Shown: positions 19,975-29,889 of the stretch, piece after piece
Numbering within the stretch: position 1 is the first letter of the stretch
Layout of the letters: the number at the start of each line of letters is the position of its first letter
Assembly (NCBI GenBank): GCA_965279375.1
Contig: OZ257156.1
Location: forward strand, 2,176,001-2,240,000
From: Gemmatimonas sp.
GTDB lineage: Bacteria; Gemmatimonadota; Gemmatimonadetes; Gemmatimonadales; Gemmatimonadaceae
DNA length: 64,000 bases
Direction: 5' to 3'
Translations under genes and position numbers: made by a program
The notes under the pieces: model-generated
The model's database searches: none
What the model was told of the DNA's origin: nothing
What the model saw: only the letters and a program-made list of their open reading frames with translations

Positions 19975-20802
19975 ATGTCCTACGTGAATGTTGATGCCGA
20001 ACCGGCGACGGAGTTGTTCTACGTGGACATCGGCGAAGGACAGCCGGTGGTGCTCATTCACGGGTGGCCGCTGAGTCACCGCATGTGGGAGCGCCAGATC
20101 GATGCGCTGGTGGACGCGGGCTATCGCTGCATCGCGTACGATCGTCGCGGCTTCGGAGACAGCGGCAAGCCCGCCGGTGGCTACGACTACGACACCTTCG
20201 CGTCCGATCTCAATGACCTGATGCTCGCGCTCGATCTGTCCGAGGCGGTGCTGGTGGGCTTCTCGATGGGTGGTGGTGAAGTGGCGCGCTACATCGGCAC
20301 CTATGGCACCGAGCGTGTAGCCAAGGCGATCCTGTTGGGTGCGGTGCCGCCGTTCCTGCTGCAAACGGAGGACAATCCACAGGGTGCGCCGCAGGCCGTG
20401 TTTGACGGCATGATCGCGGGGGTCAAGCGCGATCGCTTGGGCTTCCTCGATGCGTTTTTCGCCAACTTCTACAACAGTGACGCCAACTATCCGGGCGTGA
20501 GTGCGGACCTCATCCCGTACAGCAAGTCCATCGCGTGGATCGCCTCGCCCATGGGGACCGCGGACTGCATCACAGCCTTTGGAACCACCGATTTCCGTGA
20601 CGACCTCGCGCAGATGGACGTGCCGCTGCTGGTGGTGCACGGTGACGCCGATCGCATCGTGCCCATCGATATCTCCGGCAGGAAGTCGGCAGCCATGGTG
20701 GAAGGCAGCCGGTTTGAAGTGCTCGCCGGTGCGCCGCACGGTTTTGCTGCCACGCACGCTGATCAGCTTAACGCGTTGATGCTCGATTTCCTGAAGAGCT
20801 AG
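19975..20802 (+). CDS. Non-haem haloperoxidase/arylesterase-type alpha/beta hydrolase
   Basis: HGWP, YDRRGFG, GFSMGGGE, HGDADRIVP, GAPHG motifs. GGAG Shine-Dalgarno upstream. Confidence 0.9.
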   Translation: MSYVNVDAEPATELFYVDIGEGQPVVLIHGWPLSHRMWERQIDALVDAGYRCIAYDRRGFGDSGKPAGGYDYDTFASDLNDLMLALDLSEAVLVGFSMGGGEVARYIGTYGTERVAKAILLGAVPPFLLQTEDNPQGAPQAVFDGMIAGVKRDRLGFLDAFFANFYNSDANYPGVSADLIPYSKSIAWIASPMGTADCITAFGTTDFRDDLAQMDVPLLVVHGDADRIVPIDISGRKSAAMVEGSRFEVLAGAPHGFAATHADQLNALMLDFLKS

Positions 20803-20846
20803 ATTCTCCCATCCCCAGCGATCCGCTCCCACCACTCTCGCCGCTC

Positions 20847-21398
20847 ATGCCTGACCAAAAAGTCCGCTCCTTCGTTGCTGCCTCCGCACTCGCGGCAGCT
20901 GCGGCGCTGCTGTTCATGCCGCGTGTCGTCCTGTCGCAGGGCGCCCCCGATCCCGCCATCAGCGCCATTCGCACCCAGTGGCAGGGGGCCATCGACAACA
21001 TCACCAAGGCCGCCGAGGAACTCACCGACGCGGAGTATGCGTATCGCCCGATCGCCGGTGTGCGTTCGTTCGGCGAGTTGGTGGGGCATGTCGCCGGCAC
21101 GCAAAACATGATCTGCGCGGCGGTATTGGGCGACAAGCAGCCCGCCGAAGACGCCATCGAGAAGTCGGCCAAGACCAAGGCCGCGCTGGTGGCGGCGCTC
21201 AAGGCATCTACGGCCTACTGCAACAAAGCCTACGCCATCACGGCGGCGCAGGGCACGGCGATGGTGGACATGTTCGGCGACAAGAGCACGAAGGTTGGCG
21301 CGTTGGCGCTCAACGCCGTGCACGACGGTGAGCACTACGGCAACATCGTCACGTACATGCGTATGCAGGGGAAGGTGCCGCCCAGCAGCAAGCGGTAG
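20847..21398 (+). CDS. DinB-family protein, exported
   Basis: RSFGELVGHVA and H..EHYG..VTYMR His motifs. Signal peptide. Confidence 0.85.
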   Translation: MPDQKVRSFVAASALAAAAALLFMPRVVLSQGAPDPAISAIRTQWQGAIDNITKAAEELTDAEYAYRPIAGVRSFGELVGHVAGTQNMICAAVLGDKQPAEDAIEKSAKTKAALVAALKASTAYCNKAYAITAAQGTAMVDMFGDKSTKVGALALNAVHDGEHYGNIVTYMRMQGKVPPSSKR

Positions 21399-21417
21399 GA
21401 GCTGTCGTGCGATCGAC

Positions 21418-21453
21418 AAAGCGCCCTGACGCAGCTCGCGTCAGGGCGCTTTT
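21418..21453. terminator. Probable bidirectional rho-independent terminator
   Basis: AAAGCGCCCTGACGC-AGCTC-GCGTCAGGGCGCTTT, a perfect 15-bp stem between convergent genes. Confidence 0.85.
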
Positions 21454-21498
21454 GCTAGTTCCGCACTGTCTAACCGCGCTCTGCAGCGGGGGTCGCGC

Positions 21499-21891
21499 TC
21501 ACGGCATCAACCGCGCCCACTGCTCCGTGTCGGTGTACTGCTGGAACGACACGATGTGTCCGCCCTCGAAGCGATACGCGTGTGCGAACTGCGCGTCGAG
21601 CTTGGCACCACTGTGCTTCATCGTGCCGCCGTAGCGTCCGTACACGATGACATCATCGCCGCCATCCACGAAGCGGTTTGGCACGGCCGAGAATCCGTCG
21701 ATTGCCGCGAGCAGCCGACCAAAGACACCGCCGCCGATTGCCTCGGCGCCGACGTACGGGTTGCGATCGGCCAGCGGATTACCCTCCGCCTCATGCCAGT
21801 GAATGTCGGGCGCCATCGCGCCGAACAGTACGGAGGGATCATTCTTCGCGAAGGCCGCGTACGCAGCCTGGATCGTTTCGAAGTTGGACAT
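21499..21891 (-). CDS. SnoaL/NTF2-like protein
   Basis: AYAAF..D, W.EAEG, FQQYTDT motifs; 130 aa. Confidence 0.85.
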   Translation of the reverse strand: MSNFETIQAAYAAFAKNDPSVLFGAMAPDIHWHEAEGNPLADRNPYVGAEAIGGGVFGRLLAAIDGFSAVPNRFVDGGDDVIVYGRYGGTMKHSGAKLDAQFAHAYRFEGGHIVSFQQYTDTEQWARLMP

Positions 21892-22032
21892 GGGCAAGTC
21901 CTGTCGCTTGGCGAAACGTGATATCGATGTCATGCGCGCGCATGACTTGCGTCACGGAGGGTCCGTAGTTCGCGCGGGGTAATTGACTCGTGCTGGCGGT
22001 GGGCGCAAGAAGGACACCGCCGTACGAGGTCT

Positions 22033-22476
22033 CTACTCCAACAACGCCCGCTCCGCCGCCGCCAGCTCCTGCAGAAACGCCGTCGCCTGCGTCCCCGTCA
22101 TCTGCCCGGGATCGAACACCGTCGACCCCGAGTGCTTGAGCAGCATCACCTCACGCGCCTTGCTCGCACTCGCCGCATCCGTCCAGTCGATGATCTTCAT
22201 CGACCACTCGGCGAAGTCACGCGTGCTGATCTCATCCACGCACAACAACGTGCACGCCGTGTGGCGCGCGTCGCGCGCGATGTGGTGGTAGAGCGCGTTC
22301 ACCGCCCCCCGCTCACCCTCGAGTGCCTGCAGGAACTGCCCGCCGCCGTAGCAAAGCATCCCCGTGATGCCACGCGCGCGGTTCTGCTCCGCCGCCTTCT
22401 CCATGATCGTGAGAAAGTCGCGGTAGCCCAGCCCGTCCACCGCAGTGCTCGAATAGATCAGTCGGATCGTATGCAT
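22033..22476 (-). CDS. Stand-alone BLUF blue-light sensor
   Basis: RLIYSS, N...GITGML, FLQALEG, DARH, F.EWSM: the key Tyr, Asn, Gln, Trp and Met residues are present. Confidence 0.92.
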   Translation of the reverse strand: MHTIRLIYSSTAVDGLGYRDFLTIMEKAAEQNRARGITGMLCYGGGQFLQALEGERGAVNALYHHIARDARHTACTLLCVDEISTRDFAEWSMKIIDWTDAASASKAREVMLLKHSGSTVFDPGQMTGTQATAFLQELAAAERALLE

Positions 22477-22589
22477 GGGTGCAATGAAGGTACGCCGACA
22501 GTCATCGGCAACCCTGTGCGAGCGCCCCTGAAATGGGCGCCGCCGAGGCCTCCCTCGTGGACGAGACACTGGAGTCGCTACCTTCCAGC

Positions 22590-22964
22590 ATGGAGATCTT
22601 CAAGGAATTTACCCTCGAGGCCGCCCACCGCCTCCCTAACGTGCCGCCCGGACACAAGTGTGCCCGTCTGCACGGCCACTCGTTTCGCGTTGCGGTCTAC
22701 GTGGGTGGCGCCGTCGGCGCAGACTCGGGCTGGGTGCTCGACTTCGCCGACCTCAAGGCTGCCTTCGCGCCCATCGACGCCCAGCTCGATCACCACTACC
22801 TCAACGACGTCCCCGGCCTCGAGAACCCAACCAGTGAGAACCTTGCACGCTGGATCTGGGATCGGCTGATCGACGCACTCCCGGGCCTCTCGCGTGTAGT
22901 CGTGCGCGAGACGTGCACCTCTGGCTGTGAGTACCGCGGCCCCCGCGGCCACTCACCAGCGTGA
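22590..22964 (+). CDS. queD: 6-carboxy-5,6,7,8-tetrahydropterin synthase
   Basis: [32 protein letters not shown] motifs. Confidence 0.93.
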   Translation: MEIFKEFTLEAAHRLPNVPPGHKCARLHGHSFRVAVYVGGAVGADSGWVLDFADLKAAFAPIDAQLDHHYLNDVPGLENPTSENLARWIWDRLIDALPGLSRVVVRETCTSGCEYRGPRGHSPA

Positions 22965-24046
22965 CTCGCGTGGCGCGACCACGCGGTGCGGTGTCACGCA
23001 GTGTTGCCGCGCTCTGCGTAGCCGCCTCGCTCGTCGCCTCGACAGTCGCGTCGTCGACGCTCTCTGCGCAGCGCCCGAGCGCTCCGGCCGGCACCGATAC
23101 CCGCAACACGCCACCCGCCCCCCGTAACAAGTCCTGGCGTCTCACCTGGCGCGATGAGTTTTCCGCGCGCCGCCTCGACACCACGCGCTGGGCCCACGAC
23201 ACAGGCAACGGGTTCTATCTCCCGAGTGAATCACGCTTCGTTTCCGGCTGGGGAAACGACGAGTTAGAGTGCTACACGCGCGACAGCGCGAACGCGTTCG
23301 TCCAAGGCGGCCTGCTGCATCTCCGCGCGATCGCCAGCGCCCGGCCCGGCTGCGCGTACACCTCGGCGCGACTCAAGACGCGCCACCCTGATGGCCACGC
23401 GCTCTTCGCGCAGCGCTACGGACGCTTCGAGTTCCGCGCCAAGCTGCCGCTCGGCCAAGGCCTGTGGTCCGCACTCTGGATGCTCCCGCTGCGCGATACG
23501 TACGACACCTGGGCGGCCTCCGGCGAAATCGACATCATGGAAGCGCGTGGTCAGGAACCTGGACGCGTGCTAGGCACCCTCCACTACGGCGCGCCGTCGC
23601 CCGCCAACGCCTTCACCGAGGGGCACTACGACTTCTCGCGAGGGAAGGGCATCGGTGACTGGCACGTGTACGCTGTGGAGTGGGAGCCGGGGCGCATACG
23701 CTGGCTCATCGACGACGTGGTCTACCAGACGCAGGATTTCTGGTGGAGCGCGAGCACTCGCGAGTCCAAGCTGGACGCTGGCAGCCGAGCGCCCCTTGGC
23801 CGCTCCCCGCGCGACAGCAGCGAACTCAACGCGTGGCCCGCGCCCTTCGACCAGCCTTTCTACCTGGTCATGAATCTCGCGGTCGGCGGACGCTTCCTCG
23901 GCAATCCCGACTCGACGACGGTTTTCCCCGCCGAGATGCTGGTGGACTACGTGCGTGTCTATCAGCGCCGACCGACAACTTCCACACGCGCCACAGACGT
24001 GCCCCCTCGAGGCACCGGCACACTGCCGTATAACAAGCGGCCATAG
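22961..24046 (+). CDS. Glycoside hydrolase family 16 (laminarinase-like)
   Basis: [20 protein letters not shown] catalytic motif, [14 protein letters not shown]. Signal peptide. GTGA overlap with the queD stop. Confidence 0.92.
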   Translation: MTRVARPRGAVSRSVAALCVAASLVASTVASSTLSAQRPSAPAGTDTRNTPPAPRNKSWRLTWRDEFSARRLDTTRWAHDTGNGFYLPSESRFVSGWGNDELECYTRDSANAFVQGGLLHLRAIASARPGCAYTSARLKTRHPDGHALFAQRYGRFEFRAKLPLGQGLWSALWMLPLRDTYDTWAASGEIDIMEARGQEPGRVLGTLHYGAPSPANAFTEGHYDFSRGKGIGDWHVYAVEWEPGRIRWLIDDVVYQTQDFWWSASTRESKLDAGSRAPLGRSPRDSSELNAWPAPFDQPFYLVMNLAVGGRFLGNPDSTTVFPAEMLVDYVRVYQRRPTTSTRATDVPPRGTGTLPYNKRP

Positions 24047-24211
24047 CCGTCACTCGTCGCTCGCACCGGTCGCTCGCAGCCGTAGGTCAGTCGGCCCATG
24101 GGTCAATCAGATCGTGCGCTCTCGACCGACAGCGCGCATATTCTGCGCGCCGGGACAAGTTGCTCGCGATGTGGCGGGTTCCCGGTGTCGGGCCCCTCAA
24201 CAGGAGCAGGT

Positions 24212-26362
24212 GTGGAGTACATCGATTTCGAGCTGCGGATTTCGGGCAGTGCAGCGACCGGTTATCCCGTCGAGGTCACGCGCGCGCCAGCCGGCGAGGA
24301 CGCGAAGGGCACGCTTACGCTGCCGTACGATGAGCAGGCGCTCAACTACACACTCCTCGGCCTCAAGCTGGCCGTCCAAAGCTCTGGCTCCACGCGGCGC
24401 AGCGGTGGTGTCGATGAAGACGCCGTCTCCCCCAAGGATTTCGGACATGCGCTGTACAACGCGCTGACGCAATCCGCCGACATCAAGGGAGCCATCGCGC
24501 GCAGCAAGGACGTCGCGCGCGAGCGTGGGCAGGGGCTCCGCATCCGGCTCCGCATCGAGTCGCCCGAGTTGGCCGCGCTGCCGTGGGAATTTCTCAAGGA
24601 TCCCAACGAGCGCGAGTTCATGGCGCTCTCCCAGTGGTCACCGGTCGTCCGCTACATCCGCACCGACGATGCCACGCGCACGAGTGCCGTCACCGGCGCG
24701 GTTCGCGTGCTCGCGATGATCTCGTCCCCGTCAGACGAGCCCACGCTCGACGTCGAGGCCGAGAAGGCGCGCATCATGAGTGCGACGGCCGATCTGCGGC
24801 AACGTGGCCTGCTCGATATTCAGTGGATGACCGGCTCCACTTGGGGCGACCTGCAGGACAAGTTGATGAGCGAAGATCCGCACATCTTCCACTACATCGG
24901 TCACGGCGGCTTCGACAGGAAGCGCGGCGAAGGCGTCCTCGTCTTCACCGATGAACGCGGCCGCTCCGCACAGATGGGCGCTGCCGAAGTGGCGCGCCTG
25001 CTCGCCGACGAACGCTCGCTCCGGCTGGTGGTGCTCAACTCATGTCTCGGCGCACTCGGCGATCGTACCAATCTCTTCTCCAGCACCGCCGCCACGCTGG
25101 TCGATCGCGGTATCCCGGCCGTCATCGCCATGCAGTACGAAATCAGCGACGACGCCGCCAAGCGCTTTTCCGAAGTGCTCTACAAGGCCATCGCCACAGG
25201 CCTGCCGGTAGATGCGGCGATGTCGGAAGCGCGCAAGGCGGTCAGTGTGCACAAGCGCGACTCCATCGAGTGGGCCACGCCGGTGCTGCACATGCGTGCG
25301 CCGACGGGACGGCTGTTCGACGTGAGTGCGAGTGCGATCGCACATCAGCAGACCACGCCGTCAGTTGAGGTACCCGCAGTTTCGCTTCCGGTCGCTCTGG
25401 GATCGTCGAGCGCGCCACCGTCAACGCAAGCGGCCAACTTTGCGGCGGTTGCGTCGACGCCAGGCGCGCCCGCTCCCGAGGCGCCCAAGCCCAAGCCCGC
25501 GCTCGACACCAAGGAGTTCGAGAAGCGTGTGCGTGAGGAAGTCGCAGTGCGAACGGCGACTCCGGCGAAGCCCGTCGCACCAGCAAAGGCGAATGACGGC
25601 CCAACACGCCTCAATATCGAAGCCAACGTCAACACGTCGGCGCTCGGCAGCTGGGCCAAGCGCATCGCGATCGGCGTGGGCGTTGTGGCGACGCTGATCG
25701 TCGGCGCTGCGTTGATGTCGGACTCCGATCCGGCCGCTGCTGATCAGGGCGCTGCTCCGGCTACCGATGCTGCGGCGCCTCCATCCACCACCGCCGCCTC
25801 GACGGAAGCGTTTGAGTGGATCAACGACGGCTTCGAAGGCACGTGGGCGATGTCAGCCTTCGACAAGGATGGCTGCGCGCTCGAGCATCGCTCCCCGGGC
25901 TATCATCTCACCGCAAGAATCGAAGACGGCTGCAGCGTACCACTCGGTACCGAGCTCCCGGAGCGCGTGCGGCTCTCCGTCGTGCTGGAGCAGGAAGAGC
26001 GCGACATGGTCGGCGGCATCCGACTCGGTATCGACAGCGATACGGTGGGCTTCATCGCCGTTTCGATGGATTCGCGAAATCGTGCACTGCGGGTGGATGA
26101 GCTGGACAACAAGGGCCAGTGGTCTACCGTCGGACCGCGGGGGCAGACGATCACCGAGGCGATTGCCATGAACAAGAATGCGTTGGTGATCGACGTGCTC
26201 AACGACACGATCGCCATCGCGATCAATGGCAAACCGGTGTTCAGGCAGGTTGCCAAGTCGAGGATTTCCGGTTTGGCGGAAGTCTTCGTGATGGGGGCGA
26301 CGGGTCAGATGACGCGACGAGACATCTTCTTCTCCAACATCAAGGCCGTCTCTCTCCCCTAG
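24212..26362 (+). CDS. CHAT (caspase-like) domain protein with TM helix and C-terminal extracytoplasmic domain
   Basis: LPWEFL, HYIGHG, VLNSC, AMQYEISD motifs; Pro/Ala linker; TM IAIGVGVVATLIVGAALM. GTG start preceded by GGAG. Confidence 0.85.
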   Translation: MEYIDFELRISGSAATGYPVEVTRAPAGEDAKGTLTLPYDEQALNYTLLGLKLAVQSSGSTRRSGGVDEDAVSPKDFGHALYNALTQSADIKGAIARSKDVARERGQGLRIRLRIESPELAALPWEFLKDPNEREFMALSQWSPVVRYIRTDDATRTSAVTGAVRVLAMISSPSDEPTLDVEAEKARIMSATADLRQRGLLDIQWMTGSTWGDLQDKLMSEDPHIFHYIGHGGFDRKRGEGVLVFTDERGRSAQMGAAEVARLLADERSLRLVVLNSCLGALGDRTNLFSSTAATLVDRGIPAVIAMQYEISDDAAKRFSEVLYKAIATGLPVDAAMSEARKAVSVHKRDSIEWATPVLHMRAPTGRLFDVSASAIAHQQTTPSVEVPAVSLPVALGSSSAPPSTQAANFAAVASTPGAPAPEAPKPKPALDTKEFEKRVREEVAVRTATPAKPVAPAKANDGPTRLNIEANVNTSALGSWAKRIAIGVGVVATLIVGAALMSDSDPAAADQGAAPATDAAAPPSTTAASTEAFEWINDGFEGTWAMSAFDKDGCALEHRSPGYHLTARIEDGCSVPLGTELPERVRLSVVLEQEERDMVGGIRLGIDSDTVGFIAVSMDSRNRALRVDELDNKGQWSTVGPRGQTITEAIAMNKNALVIDVLNDTIAIAINGKPVFRQVAKSRISGLAEVFVMGATGQMTRRDIFFSNIKAVSLP

Positions 26363-29300
26363 CCAGTCGCGCCAACACGCGCGACTCCACGCTCGTAGCC
26401 GCCGCCCGCGCGCGCATATCGATCATCCACGCGCGTGCGGCCGCACTCGGCTCGTCCTGCGCGCCGCCCCGTGCGCTGGCAACGCGCGACAGCCAGTCCT
26501 CCAGCCGCTCGTCGCGGTTCGCATCGTACGGCTTGCCGGCGCCCAGTCGCTCCGGCCACTCGCGCGCTGCTGCAATCAATCGCGCTGCCTCATCCCAGCG
26601 TTGCGCCGCCATGGCATCCACCGCCAGCATCAGCTTGGCCTCGCGGTACAGCGCATGCCCCTCAGCGGCGCCCTCGTACGGTAGTACCGCAAGCGTAGAC
26701 AGCAGCGCATCCGCCTCCGAATAACGCTCGGCTGCAATCTGCGCACGCACCATCGTGAGTCCGAGGATGTAGCTGGACGGAATCTTGGTGTAGTACGCAC
26801 GTGCCGTGCTCACCGCGCCAGCCGCATCACCCGCCGCCAGTCGTCGCTCGGTCAGCAGCTTGCCGTAACGCCACGACGACGGGTCCAGCGCTGCCGCGCG
26901 CTCCAGGTCCGCGAGCTGCGCGCGGACCTCGCGCCCGGGTAGCGTCGCACGCGCGGCATACATCGGCGCATACATGGGCGTATTGCCCAATGCGTCCAGC
27001 AATCGCGCCGCTTCCGGTGCACGGCCGACGCCCCAATAGCCGAGCGCGAGGTAGTATCGCGGTTGCCAGTCGCTGCTCTCCAACGCAGCACCTTCGAGCG
27101 CCTCGATCACCTCCGCACGAAACGGGAACACGAGTGCCGATGAGAGCGCATTCGCGCGGGCGATCAGCGCAGCCGATTCGGCGTTCTGCGTCGGGCCGCG
27201 CGCCGCGGGCGTGCTCATCTCGCGCGACATCGTGCCGAGCAACGCCGCGCGCCAGTACAAGGCTTCGGGCTGCTCTCCCACCACCTCCAGCACGCGCAGT
27301 GCCAGCGTCCGTTCGCCGATGCCCTGATACCACGACGCAATCTGAAACAGCTGCTGCTCCGGCAACTCACTGCGCACACCCGCACGCAACTGCGCCCCTG
27401 CGTTCCGGGCGCCAGCCATCATCAATCGCTCGAATCGTGCGAGATGACTCAGCGGGTCCGCACGTTCGAGCGCACCGATCGCGGCGCGCAACGCCAGCGC
27501 ATCACCACGTCGGCGTGCAACGGCGACGCGTGCCCCGAGGGCATCGAGCGTACCCGGGTCGAGCGCGATCGCCTTGCGCGCATAAGACTCCGCCTTGCCC
27601 AAATCGCCTTCGGCGAGCCACAGCGTCGCCAGCTCTGTCCACGCGGCCGCGCGATACTCCAACGACTGCGAAGCAATTTCGAAGCCGTCGCGTGCATCGG
27701 CGAAGCGCCCAAGCCGACGGTTGGCCAGTCCGTAGTAGAAGTTCGACGCGCCGTCGTAGGTATCCACCGACAGCGCGATGCGTGCGTAGGCGCGCGCCGA
27801 GTCGTAGCGCAGCGAACGCAGCGCGATTGCGGCCCGGTCGGCGAGCGCCGGTACGTAGTGCGGATCACGTACCAGTGCGCTGTCCAGCAGCGGGAGTGCG
27901 CGATCATACTCGCGCTGCCGCATCAGCTCCTTGCCCTTGAGATGGAACCCGTAGGCAGAACTCCAGTCGAAGGTCTTGGGCGTCTCGAGCGGGCGATCAA
28001 GCGCGACGGTCGACGTGTCGCCGCGCCAACTCAATCGGTTCGCGCCGAGCGTCACGGCCAGGGACGCGAGCGACGCGCCAGCAACGTTGATGGTGTCGGC
28101 AAATGACTGCAGCGGCGATCGCCGCACACGGCGCGCGCGCAGCACACGCGAGCCGTTCATCACACGCAGCGTGTCGTCGATCGCGTTCACAGGCGAAATC
28201 GCGACGATCAGGCGATCGCCCGACTGCGTCACGTTGAGCGCGCCCACGTCACTCGCCGTCACGAACCCCTTCGTGCCGACGACAGGCATCCATCGCTCGG
28301 TCCAGCGATCAACCGTCTGCGGCGCAAAGCCGCGATGCTTGAACGGCGTGAAGGTGCTCCCTTCTGCGGACTGATTGAACAGTCGCCCTGATTGCAGCTC
28401 GGAGTACTGCCCGTCAGTGTCGGTGAGCAGATCTTCCCAGATCATCCCTTGGCGGGAGAGTCCCCAGATCCAGATCTTCTGCCCCGGCTTCTCGTCGCGC
28501 GGCGACACGCGCGCCATGCCGAAGTCCTGCTCGTGCCAGTACGCGCCGAAGAAGTCGCCCGCTCCGCCCAACACGTGATACGACTTGTAGCCACCAAAGT
28601 CGTTCTTCTCATACCACGACACATCGCGCGCGAGCGTCTTGTTGATCGGCCAGTCGCCCTTCTCGCCGTCATGCCCGATGAAGGCGTTCCCCGGAAACAC
28701 GTACTGCAGATTGTCTTTGGTCGGGATGCCTGCCGTCATCCACGTGTAGTACGGCTGCTCGAGCGAAGAGCCGTTGTACCACGTCGACGTGGTGGTGAAT
28801 GAAGCGTCGCCGGGTACGAGCTTCGTCTCCAACCGCCACGTGGTGTTGGTGAGCAGGTCCAGCGCGCCGGTGATGCAACTGACCGAGCCATCGGCGTTGC
28901 GACGCACTGTGTAGTCCACCGGCGTGGAGACATTCGGCGTGTGCCCGATGATGCCGTAGTTGGCTTCGATGCCACCGCTGGTCCACGGCCCACGCATCGC
29001 GATGTCGCGAAACTTGACGGCGTGGTTGTAGTAGATGAACGGCCGACCGCTTCGCTTCTCGATCGCAGCCCAGATCTTCCCGCCGATCTCGGGCAGAATC
29101 AGCACACGCACGTACTCGTTCTCGAGCTCCACCACCTTCCACTGCTTCGGCGTGGAGGTCGCGCTGAAGCCGTCGAACCGGAAGTACGGATAGATGCGCC
29201 CGACGACGGGAATGGGGTTCGGATCGCTGAACGGGTACGTCGGGAACGACTGTTCGTACTCACGCACGCGCGCGGTGCCGGCGGGCAGTCGTTGCGCCGG

Positions 29301-29384
29301 CTGCGCGACGAGGTCCCGAGGCAGCAGTGGCGATGCGACGGCGATGGCCAGCGCGCTACAGATCAGGCGAAGGGGTCGGCTCAT
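26340..29384 (-). CDS. DUF5107-domain + TPR protein
   Basis: LENEY..V.ILPEIGG, SGGIE.N, WGLSRQG.IWE motifs in the N-half; Ala/Leu/Tyr TPR-like repeats in the C-half. Signal peptide. Confidence 0.8.
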   Translation of the reverse strand: MSRPLRLICSALAIAVASPLLPRDLVAQPAQRLPAGTARVREYEQSFPTYPFSDPNPIPVVGRIYPYFRFDGFSATSTPKQWKVVELENEYVRVLILPEIGGKIWAAIEKRSGRPFIYYNHAVKFRDIAMRGPWTSGGIEANYGIIGHTPNVSTPVDYTVRRNADGSVSCITGALDLLTNTTWRLETKLVPGDASFTTTSTWYNGSSLEQPYYTWMTAGIPTKDNLQYVFPGNAFIGHDGEKGDWPINKTLARDVSWYEKNDFGGYKSYHVLGGAGDFFGAYWHEQDFGMARVSPRDEKPGQKIWIWGLSRQGMIWEDLLTDTDGQYSELQSGRLFNQSAEGSTFTPFKHRGFAPQTVDRWTERWMPVVGTKGFVTASDVGALNVTQSGDRLIVAISPVNAIDDTLRVMNGSRVLRARRVRRSPLQSFADTINVAGASLASLAVTLGANRLSWRGDTSTVALDRPLETPKTFDWSSAYGFHLKGKELMRQREYDRALPLLDSALVRDPHYVPALADRAAIALRSLRYDSARAYARIALSVDTYDGASNFYYGLANRRLGRFADARDGFEIASQSLEYRAAAWTELATLWLAEGDLGKAESYARKAIALDPGTLDALGARVAVARRRGDALALRAAIGALERADPLSHLARFERLMMAGARNAGAQLRAGVRSELPEQQLFQIASWYQGIGERTLALRVLEVVGEQPEALYWRAALLGTMSREMSTPAARGPTQNAESAALIARANALSSALVFPFRAEVIEALEGAALESSDWQPRYYLALGYWGVGRAPEAARLLDALGNTPMYAPMYAARATLPGREVRAQLADLERAAALDPSSWRYGKLLTERRLAAGDAAGAVSTARAYYTKIPSSYILGLTMVRAQIAAERYSEADALLSTLAVLPYEGAAEGHALYREAKLMLAVDAMAAQRWDEAARLIAAAREWPERLGAGKPYDANRDERLEDWLSRVASARGGAQDEPSAAARAWMIDMRARAAATSVESRVLARLARGERRP

Positions 29385-29474
29385 GGTCGGAAGCTACGAT
29401 CGCAGCCGACCCTCGAAAGAGCGCCTGCACGCGCAGCGGCTCGCTGGCGAGCGCTCGCCACGGCAGCCCGGGAG

Positions 29475-29507
29475 TTGCAGCTGCAAGTATTAATCGCTAT
29501 TCTTGCA
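29475..29507 (+). promoter_or_regulatory. Sigma70-type promoter with overlapping inverted repeat (candidate TA operator)
   Basis: TTGCAG-N17-TATTCT. Inverted repeat TGCAAGTAT/ATTCTTGCA (8 of 9 match) overlaps the spacer and -10. Confidence 0.6.
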
Positions 29508-29511
29508 AAAC

Positions 29512-29889
29512 ATGCCAGCGCTTACCAGTGCACGCACGCAGCCCGATCCGGCCGCGGTGGTCGCCAAGGCGACCCTCTCCGCAGCGGAACGGCTCGGACT
29601 CAGCAATCGCCATCTCGCCTCCGTCATCGGGCTGAGCGAGGCGTCCGTTTCGCGGATGCAGCGCAGTCGCGGAGTAGACCCGGCCAGCAAGGAGGGGGAG
29701 CTCGCCCTCATGCTCGTGCGGCTCTATCGCTCGCTCGATGCCCTGGTCGGTGGCGACGATGTGCAGGCGCGGGCCTGGATGCACGCCATGAATGACCATC
29801 TGGGCGGCATTCCTGCCGAACGCATTCGCACCGTGGAGGGGCTCGTCGATGTCGTCCAGTATCTGGATGCAATGCGAGGGCGCCTCTAA
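29512..29889 (+). CDS. Xre/MbcA/ParS-type antitoxin
   Basis: HTH LASVIGLSEASVSR; LYRSLDALVG...W....N.HLGG.P; C-terminal YLDAMRG. Confidence 0.88.
   Translation: MPALTSARTQPDPAAVVAKATLSAAERLGLSNRHLASVIGLSEASVSRMQRSRGVDPASKEGELALMLVRLYRSLDALVGGDDVQARAWMHAMNDHLGGIPAERIRTVEGLVDVVQYLDAMRGRL

Noticed and set aside
22477..22589. Possible preQ1 riboswitch upstream of queD
   Set aside because: No preQ1 stem-loop with an A-rich tail is visible.
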